A program made the translations under genes and the position numbers. This document shows, piece by piece, positions 37,984-46,000 of a DNA stretch of 64,000 bases; the first letter of the stretch is position 1, and every line of letters starts with the position of its first letter. Location: positions 1 to 64,000 of IMG/VR virus record IMGVR_UViG_3300007863_000001. One strand, 5' to 3'. This stretch comes from a virus. The notes beneath the pieces are model-generated. The model did not search any database and was not told the origin of the DNA. It worked only from the letters and a program-made list of their open reading frames with translations.

Positions 37984-39360
37984 ATGGCACTTTTAGTCCC
38001 AGATAGTGGTGAACTACAGACTCTACGATATCTTGTAAACACCAATCAAGATATCCCTAGAAACTTGATTCTCAAGTTGTACACTAGTAATACTACACCT
38101 GCAGAGGGTGATGTCCCAACTCAGGCAGCTTACTTTGAACCATATAATGAGTCTGGAACCATTGGTTATGGAACCGCACCAAATAATGGTTACCCATCAT
38201 TAGTTAATAACAGATGGGATCAAGACTATACTAGTCAGTATGGTATTCTTCTCGACGGTACACGTTGGAATGTAAGAACAATTACAACTCCAATCGTAAA
38301 TACCACTGGTAGTGGTACTGCTGGAGAATATACAATTACTGTTGCATCAACACTCAACATTGCAGTAGGACACTACGTAAGTGGTGGTAATGTTGGTTCA
38401 AATGCTACCGTTTGTGCCATTGACGGTAATGTACTTGTTCTTTCAGTTCCTAACACTGGTAACTTCTCCAACCAGTCACTTGATTTTGGTGTAGGAACAA
38501 CAACTGCTTCATATCCAGAGCAAACATTCACCTTTACTGGTCCTGCAAACCAACAGTATGGTTACTACCTCGTAAGAGCAAACAATCTTCCACTAACACT
38601 TCATGGTGTTGATTCTGCAGCAACTTCTTTAGCAAACACTGGTGTTGCTAAGACTTTAACAACTGGTGTTATTGCACAAGAATTCATTACACTCAATCAG
38701 TTCAAGTGGGAACCAACAGGTGTTGGTACAGCAAGTAACTTTGAACTTGTTGTTTCTGATGCAACTGGTATTATGCCAAACCAAAGAGTGGTTGGTACAG
38801 GTCTTGCTGCTGAAACAAGAGTTGTTGGTGTAAATGGTGTTCAGGTCTATCTAGATAAAGCACTTTCTGGTGCTGCTTCTGGTGTAACTACTTTCTATAA
38901 GAGTATCACTGAGGACATCACACTTGGTATGGGTGTTACTCACACCAATGCTGGTGGTGAAACTAATGCACTTCCTGCTGATACAACTGTCACTGGTATT
39001 GATGAGAAAAACGGTATTGTATATCTAAGCAATGCTCTTGTAAATAACATTCAGGTTGCAACTGGTGACGAAGTAACCTTCGGTTCCAGTAAAGTAATCG
39101 GTACTGCACATGGTCTTGAGCCAGGTGATGTTATCTACATCGCAGCAGGTACAGGTAACACAACTACCACATCAAGTACATATACTGTATTTGAAGCTCC
39201 TGATGCAAATACATTCACACTATCACCAGCACTTGATGGTGTAGGAAATGTAACTCTATACAGCAGCATCTTCTTCGCAGAAAGATTCACAAATGGTCCA
39301 TACAACGTTCAGAACAACGGTGACCAAATTAAGGTAACTCTAAACGTCAGCCTCGACTGA
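37984..39360 (+). CDS. Putative high-copy virion/fibre subunit with inserted domains
   Basis: Core LKLY..N.TP...D / ASYPEQTFTF / YGYY / AERF..GP; own promoter, GGAG SD and terminator; many C-ending codons. Confidence 0.7.
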   Translation: MALLVPDSGELQTLRYLVNTNQDIPRNLILKLYTSNTTPAEGDVPTQAAYFEPYNESGTIGYGTAPNNGYPSLVNNRWDQDYTSQYGILLDGTRWNVRTITTPIVNTTGSGTAGEYTITVASTLNIAVGHYVSGGNVGSNATVCAIDGNVLVLSVPNTGNFSNQSLDFGVGTTTASYPEQTFTFTGPANQQYGYYLVRANNLPLTLHGVDSAATSLANTGVAKTLTTGVIAQEFITLNQFKWEPTGVGTASNFELVVSDATGIMPNQRVVGTGLAAETRVVGVNGVQVYLDKALSGAASGVTTFYKSITEDITLGMGVTHTNAGGETNALPADTTVTGIDEKNGIVYLSNALVNNIQVATGDEVTFGSSKVIGTAHGLEPGDVIYIAAGTGNTTTTSSTYTVFEAPDANTFTLSPALDGVGNVTLYSSIFFAERFTNGPYNVQNNGDQIKVTLNVSLD

Positions 39361-39380
39361 TTTACGATTTACATTTTTTC

Positions 39381-39407
39381 AAAGGAGGGTCTACCCCTCC
39401 TTTTTTT
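39381..39407 (+). terminator. Intrinsic terminator
   Basis: aaaggaggg-tctac-ccctccttt followed by a T run. Confidence 0.85.
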
Positions 39408-39414
39408 GTGTCTT

Positions 39415-39422
39415 TATAAATA
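39415..39422 (+). promoter_or_regulatory. T4 late promoter
   Basis: TATAAATA immediately after the terminator. Confidence 0.75.
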
Positions 39423-39446
39423 ATTCAATAAAAGGTTTCTAGATAG

Positions 39447-41072
39447 ATGGCAAGAAACGTAGGGGTAAATTCAACATTTGAGCAACAACGTTTAGTCATT
39501 AACGAGCTTGCTGTTGATGTTGAAACATTAGAAAATGCTGGTTATATTACTGATTACACAGAACAGGACAACTTAGGAACTGTTCTTTCTAGGGGAAATC
39601 AGGCAACTAGTGATATTCAGTTAACTGGTATTATTACAGCAACATCTTTTGTTGGTGATGGTTCTAACTTAACTGGAATTTCTGCTGGTGCTGGTGGTAC
39701 AGATAATGTTTCCACATCAACTTTAACAGTTGCTGGTATTTCTACTTTTAATGGAAGAATTGTTGGTTCAGCAACAACCAATATTATTCCATTCCTTTAT
39801 GCAAATCTCAGTGATTTGCCAAGTGCAACTGAATACCATGGTGCTTTTGCACATGTTCATGCTACTGGAAAGGCATATTACGCACATTCTGGTGCGTGGG
39901 TAGAGTTAGTAAACATCGACAGTGGTATAGTTACAGCAACAACTTTTGATGGTGATTTAACAGGTAATGCTGATACAGCTACCAATCTTAATGGTAATAC
40001 ATATAATTTAAGTACCTCTGGTATTATTACCGCAACTCAGTTTGTTGGTGATGGTTCTGGTCTTACTGGTGTTGTTGCAGAAGGAACGGGAATTGTCATC
40101 CAAGAGGAAGGTTCTTCTGTTGGTACTGCAGGTACTATTAACTTTATAGGTGCTGGAGTTACAGCAACGTTATCTAATGGTGTTGCATCAGTAGAAATTA
40201 CCGCAACTGGAGGGGGTGGAGGAATCTCCAATGTTGTAGAAGATACTGCACCACAACTTGGTGGTAATTTAGATATTAATAATAAGTATATTACTGGAAC
40301 AGGTGGTGCAAATATTACTGGTGTTGTTACTGCTACAAGATTCGAGAGTACTTCTGCAGGAACTCCTACTATCGATTCACCAAATAATTTAAATATTAAT
40401 GCCGTAACTGTTGCCATTAGTACTAATTTAACTGCTGGGGGTTCAGTTACAGCAGCATCATTTGTTGGTGATGGTTCTGGACTAACTGGAGTTGTTGGTT
40501 CTGGTTCTGGTGTTGTAGTTCAAGAAGAAGGTTCTTCTGTTGGTACTGCAGGTACTATTAACTTTATAGGTGCTGGTGTTACAGCAACATTTGCTGGTGG
40601 TATTGCATCAGTAGAAATTACAACCTCTGGAGGAGCAGAAACTGATACCTTAGCAACAGTAACTGGTAGAGGAAATACAACTACAGACGAAATCACTGCT
40701 GCAAACTTCAGGTCAAATGATACAACTGGTGATGGATCTGATGTAGGATTTGCACTTAAATACTACATTACAGCAAATGGTTCTTCTGCGTATAGATTTG
40801 CTGGTCCTGGTGTTCTAAACTCTACTGATAATCCAACATTATACTTCCATAGAGGATTTACTTACATCTTAGAGAACTCTACTGGAAGTAATCACCCATT
40901 TGAACTAAGAGTAAGTAATGGTGGCGCAGCATACGCACCTGGTGGTAGTTTCTTATCAGGTTCAATTAACGGCACACAAATTCTTACAGTTCCATTTGAC
41001 GCACCAAATTCTATCGTTTACCAATGCACTTTACATGGCAGTATGGTAGGTAATATCAACATTGTTTCCTGA
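39447..41072 (+). CDS. Fibre protein with a C-terminal cupredoxin (plastocyanin-like) domain
   Basis: N-terminal TFEQQR..IN anchor; repeated FVGDGSGLTGV..G.G.V.QEEGSSVGTAGTINF; C-terminal NHPF...YQCTLHGSM.G. Confidence 0.75.
   Translation: MARNVGVNSTFEQQRLVINELAVDVETLENAGYITDYTEQDNLGTVLSRGNQATSDIQLTGIITATSFVGDGSNLTGISAGAGGTDNVSTSTLTVAGISTFNGRIVGSATTNIIPFLYANLSDLPSATEYHGAFAHVHATGKAYYAHSGAWVELVNIDSGIVTATTFDGDLTGNADTATNLNGNTYNLSTSGIITATQFVGDGSGLTGVVAEGTGIVIQEEGSSVGTAGTINFIGAGVTATLSNGVASVEITATGGGGGISNVVEDTAPQLGGNLDINNKYITGTGGANITGVVTATRFESTSAGTPTIDSPNNLNINAVTVAISTNLTAGGSVTAASFVGDGSGLTGVVGSGSGVVVQEEGSSVGTAGTINFIGAGVTATFAGGIASVEITTSGGAETDTLATVTGRGNTTTDEITAANFRSNDTTGDGSDVGFALKYYITANGSSAYRFAGPGVLNSTDNPTLYFHRGFTYILENSTGSNHPFELRVSNGGAAYAPGGSFLSGSINGTQILTVPFDAPNSIVYQCTLHGSMVGNINIVS
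40041..40623 (+). repeat. Intragenic direct repeat, offset 420 nt
   Basis: gaaggttcttctgttggtactgcaggtactattaactttataggtgctgg is identical at about 40107 and 40527. Confidence 0.85.
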
Positions 41073-41078
41073 TAAGAT

Positions 41079-43010
41079 ATGACATTAAAAAAATATGAGT
41101 TAAAGGTAAAAAGACCTGAAGACTGGGATGGAGTTTTAAATACTCTTTCCGAAACATCAAGTATTGAAAATTTTCCTAATAGACAGGTGACATGCTTTGA
41201 TGATAAACTGCATAGTCCAACCAGAGGAACATTTCTACTTCACAAATCTGAAGTAGAAACTCTAATGAATGACTCATCTATTGATTGGATTGAACTTGAC
41301 CCGACAGAAAATCCAGATGAATATCCCAAACCAAGTCATTATACCAAAAGATGGGAAAAGAATGTAAAAGTATATCGTGATTTAAATGGAGGTGGTCAGC
41401 CGGTTTCCACTGGTGCAACTGTTGGTGAACTGGATAGGACAGGGTGGCAAATTGTTAGGACTGGTATCAAAACTAATGGAGATTTTTGGGGAGTATTATC
41501 AGGAAATATTTCAGCACAACCATCAGATGCAAGTTACAGTTTAACTGGAAAAAATGTTGATACAATAATTCATGATTCTGGTGTATTACAATATCATCCA
41601 GAGTTTTTAGATTCCAATAACAGGTCTAGAGTAAGAGATATTGTTCTTGATGGTCCATACTACATTGATCCTGATTATTTTGATGCTAATGGATTTACAT
41701 ATACTAAACCAGATGGAAGAACAGGAATAACCACAACTTCTGCACGTAATTGGTGGAATAACTCCTCCTTAAGATCTGTTGGATTTAGTACAATTGGAAC
41801 TATAAGCATAACTTCTGGTTATACAGAAGCAAGAGCAATTGGAAATAGTTTGGATGGTTCTAGTGAAATGACAAGTGGTCATGGAACATCATCTGCTTCT
41901 CTAGTTGCTGGTAAGAATTTTGGTCTTGCATTTGAGGCAAATATATGGAATATGTCTGGTATTGGAGAGCCAGCAGGAATGGGTATAACCAAAGAGCAGG
42001 AATATGATTTAATGAAATTATTTCACTTATATAAACCAATTAATCCTGAAACTGGAATAAAAAATCCAACCTTAGTAAATGGGAGTTGGGGATATCAATC
42101 AGGATTTGAAAGTGGTGATAGTATAGATTATAGTTTCAGAGGAATTACAGGAACATTTATTGGTAATGATTCAGTATCAGACCAAGTAACTGCAATGAAA
42201 GATGGACTCAATAATCAACTACAAGGTGCATATAGATCTTGGTCAACATCTTCACGTTCAAACTCAATTGATGCTGCTGGAGCAGAAGCAATTGATAGTG
42301 GACTAATTTATGTTGCAGCATCAGGAAATAATAACCAGAGATTGGGTGTTGGTAGTACAGACCCCGATAGACTGAATTATATGTCAGATGAATGGTTTGG
42401 AAGTACAGACCCCAGAGGAGAGTTTCCATCAGGGACAGTCCCATGCAACCATAGGGATTGGATGAATCCCCAAGGACTTGGTTTTGATGCCTCTGTGGAC
42501 CCAGAATTTCATCCTGTTATTTGTGTTGGTGCTATGGATGAATATGTGATACCTTCTACATTATCAGAAAGAAAAGCAGACTATTCAAATAATGGACCAG
42601 GAATTGACATCTGGTCACCTGCCGATGAAACACTATCTGCAGGAACAAATGGAGTTGCTAACTACACCGATTATGAACGTTATGATGATTCTAGATTTTA
42701 TGATCATTATTTTAATGGAACGTCTGCTGCTGCTCCAGTTACTTCTGGGTTATTAGTTTTATATCTTCAATCAAATCCAAAAGCAACCTCAAGAGAAGTA
42801 AAAACTTGGTTAAAAAATAATGGTTCTGTTATTGCAGTTCCTTCAGAGTATCAGGATGAATATTCAGACGATACACAAACTTCGTATTGGACTGGTTCTT
42901 TTAATATGAGAGGTGCAGAAAGAAGAATACTTTACAATCCATTTGCAAATGACGTTGTACCAAAAATAGATGGATTAAGTGTAACTGGAGTCAACTTTAA
43001 ACTCTCCTAA
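41079..43010 (+). CDS. Subtilisin-like serine protease (peptidase S8)
   Basis: Catalytic Asp (IIHDSG), His (HGTSSAS) and Ser (FNGTSAAAP); oxyanion Asn (AASGNN); YSNNGPGIDIWSP. Confidence 0.9.
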   Translation: MTLKKYELKVKRPEDWDGVLNTLSETSSIENFPNRQVTCFDDKLHSPTRGTFLLHKSEVETLMNDSSIDWIELDPTENPDEYPKPSHYTKRWEKNVKVYRDLNGGGQPVSTGATVGELDRTGWQIVRTGIKTNGDFWGVLSGNISAQPSDASYSLTGKNVDTIIHDSGVLQYHPEFLDSNNRSRVRDIVLDGPYYIDPDYFDANGFTYTKPDGRTGITTTSARNWWNNSSLRSVGFSTIGTISITSGYTEARAIGNSLDGSSEMTSGHGTSSASLVAGKNFGLAFEANIWNMSGIGEPAGMGITKEQEYDLMKLFHLYKPINPETGIKNPTLVNGSWGYQSGFESGDSIDYSFRGITGTFIGNDSVSDQVTAMKDGLNNQLQGAYRSWSTSSRSNSIDAAGAEAIDSGLIYVAASGNNNQRLGVGSTDPDRLNYMSDEWFGSTDPRGEFPSGTVPCNHRDWMNPQGLGFDASVDPEFHPVICVGAMDEYVIPSTLSERKADYSNNGPGIDIWSPADETLSAGTNGVANYTDYERYDDSRFYDHYFNGTSAAAPVTSGLLVLYLQSNPKATSREVKTWLKNNGSVIAVPSEYQDEYSDDTQTSYWTGSFNMRGAERRILYNPFANDVVPKIDGLSVTGVNFKLS

Positions 43011-43011
43011 A

Positions 43012-43019
43012 TATAAATA
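43012..43019 (+). promoter_or_regulatory. T4 late promoter
   Basis: TATAAATA. Confidence 0.7.
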
Positions 43020-43065
43020 TCGGAAAGAATATCTCTAAATGAGATAGGACTGCATAAAAAAAAAT

Positions 43066-46000
43066 ATGGCAGTTTATACGCATACCACAGAGTCGCAATC
43101 AATATTTCAAATACAAACCCCGACTTTTGCAATTGAGTCGGGGTCATTTGCGTATAATCAGGATTCAGGATTATATATTACTATTGTAGATTATGGTGAT
43201 ATCTTAGATGGAATCGATGCAGAAATAGATTCTGGGAATATATTTGAGAATATTTCATATATTGAAGATTATGGAGACATTCTAGCTGAAACTGACCCCG
43301 CATTTGGGAAAATTGATACACTTGATTCAAAATCTATAACAAAATTTGCATTAGGACATATTGGTGGTGGAATAATATTTGCCCTTCAAGGTGGTTCTGT
43401 TTCCTCCTTTTCAAATGCATATATTGGATATGACGGAAACATATTTGACATTAACGACTCATCCGAATTAGCATTCTCCTATGGACATATTGGTTCGGGT
43501 GAGTTAAGTACAATAATAGGAGCAGCAGAAAGAGTAACGTCTTCGTTCAATATCTCTTCTGTTGCTCTTTTTGCGCTTGAAGATTATAACCTAATTTCGG
43601 AATCTGCTGTTGAAGCAGAAGATTATGAGTATATTTCTAATGATATAATAAAATTATTTGAAGATTATAATACAATAACAATAACTTCTCAAGATAATCC
43701 TTTTGGATTGTTTAGAGTTGCTGGTGATGCTTCACGATTTACCAGGTTCTCACTAACAACGAATGATCCAATAACACAAGCAATTCAATATCATGGAACT
43801 GGTAATGAAGCAATAGTACCATTTATTCCACCTGGTTCTGGTAAGTTTGGAATTTCAGGTGGACTCTCAAAAGAATCGTTCACACCATCAACAGAAATTG
43901 GATCTGGAACGATTTCCAACTTTGTTACCAAAGAAGAAAGAGCATCATTTAGTTATAATCAATCAGCACAAAACTTCCTCACAGATGAAGACTTTGGATT
44001 TATTAGTGAATCTTCACCAACAATTTCATCTTATGCTAATACACAGATTAGTACTCTTGCAAATGAAATAGTATCAACCTTTACTGTAGCAGGTAATATT
44101 GATTCGGATGACTTTGGTATTATTTCAGAATTGGTTAATAGACCTGATTCTGAAGACTTCGGTTTAATAACTAGTCAAGATGATAAACCATTTGGATTAT
44201 TCAGATTTGAAGGTGATACATCGAAGACAGTTACCTTTATTCTTACTGCAAATCCAGAAGGTGGTTCACTATTTGGATTTGGTGGTGGTGCAGAAGCAGT
44301 TGTACCGGTTATTCCACTTAAGTCTGGGTTATTTAACTTCTTCGGTACTGCTGAAGAAAGAATTACACCAGCACCAGCAGTTGGAACAGGATCACTCTTC
44401 AACTTCATTAGTAAGGAAGAAAGAAGAACATTTAGTTACAATGGTTCTTCTGTTGTTGAACAAGATGATATTGACTTTGGATTTGTATCTGAAGCACACG
44501 TCGATCAAGACGACTTTGGTATTATTTCAGAATTGGTTAATAGACCCGATTCTGAAGACTTTGGATTCATATCAACAGTACAAAATAGACCCTATGGTTC
44601 TCTAAGGTTTGAAGGTGATAATGCTAAGACTACAAGAATTAGATTAAGGTATCCTGGTTCTGGAAGACTATTTGCTGCATCCGGTTCTGCAGAAACTTTT
44701 GGCACAAAAGAAGAAGCAAAAGTACTATTCAGATTTGCTGGTGATAGCACTCAGAGTGCTTCTCTTGGACATATTGGTTCTGGTTCTCTATTCAATATCA
44801 TTACAACTGATAAGAGCAGAACATTCAGCTATAATGGTTCTTCAGTAACTGGAACTAGAATTGATGATTATAGATTAATTAATGAGTCTGCAGTTGAATT
44901 TGAAGATTATGGCACTGTAACTGACTTCCCAGAGTCTGGAATTTACGACACAATCACATATCATCAAGAAGATTATGGATTAATTAGTGTTCCTGTAGGT
45001 GAATCTAGAAGACCATTTGGTAGATTTAGATTTGCTGGTAATTTAGAGGAATCAACAACACCTACAACAGAAATTGGTTCTGGATCACTCTTTGGATTTG
45101 TTGGTTCTGCAGAATCTTCTGGTGCAAAAGAAGAAGTATCTACACTATTCACATTTGCTGGTGCAGTTACACAATCATTTACACCAGCACCAGCAGTTGG
45201 AACTGGATCACTCTTCAACTTCATTAGTAAGGAAGAAAGAAGAACATTTAGTTACAATGGTTCATCTGTTGTAACTCAGGACGATATTGACTTTGGATTT
45301 ATATCCGAAGCACATTCTGACCAAGATGACTTTGGTATTATTTCAGAATTGGTTAATAGACCTGATTCGGAAGACTTTGGATTCATATCAACAGTACAAT
45401 CAAGACCATTTGGTAGATTTAAATTTACTGGTGATGCTTCCAAGGGAGTTAGATTTAGAGTTAGAACAAGTGGTGGTGGATCACTATTTGCATTTGGTGG
45501 TGGAAATGAGGCAACCGTACCATTTATACCAGCAAGATTTGTATTGTTTGCAGTTGCTGGTGCAGTTACACAATCATTTACACCAGCACCAGAAATTGGT
45601 ACAGGAACATTATTCAACTTCGTAACTAAGGAAGAGAGAAGAACTTATAGTTACAATGGTTCTTCTGTTGTAACTCAAGAAGACATTGATTATGGATTTA
45701 TCAATGATATTGCAGTAACTCCATCTCCTTCAATATCCACTTATGCAAGTACACCTATCAGTGATATTGCTGATGAAGTAGTATCAACATTTGGTGTTGT
45801 TGGTGATTATGATGATTATGGTTCTATCGGTGAAATTGTCAATGCTCCTGGATCTGCTGATTATGGAATCCTAGATTCTGTAGATAAGAGACCATTTGGT
45901 GGATTTAGATTCTCTGGTAAATTAACTGAAAAATATACTCCAGATTATCCAGGTTCTGGTTCACTATTTGGATTTGATGGTTCTGGAGAAGTTGTTTCTA

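Noticed and set aside
44110-45413. The 35-nt exact repeats as CRISPR repeats or DGR template/variable repeats
   Set aside because: They are in-frame coding repeats 402 and 816 nt apart, and flanking differences are mostly synonymous rather than adenine-specific.
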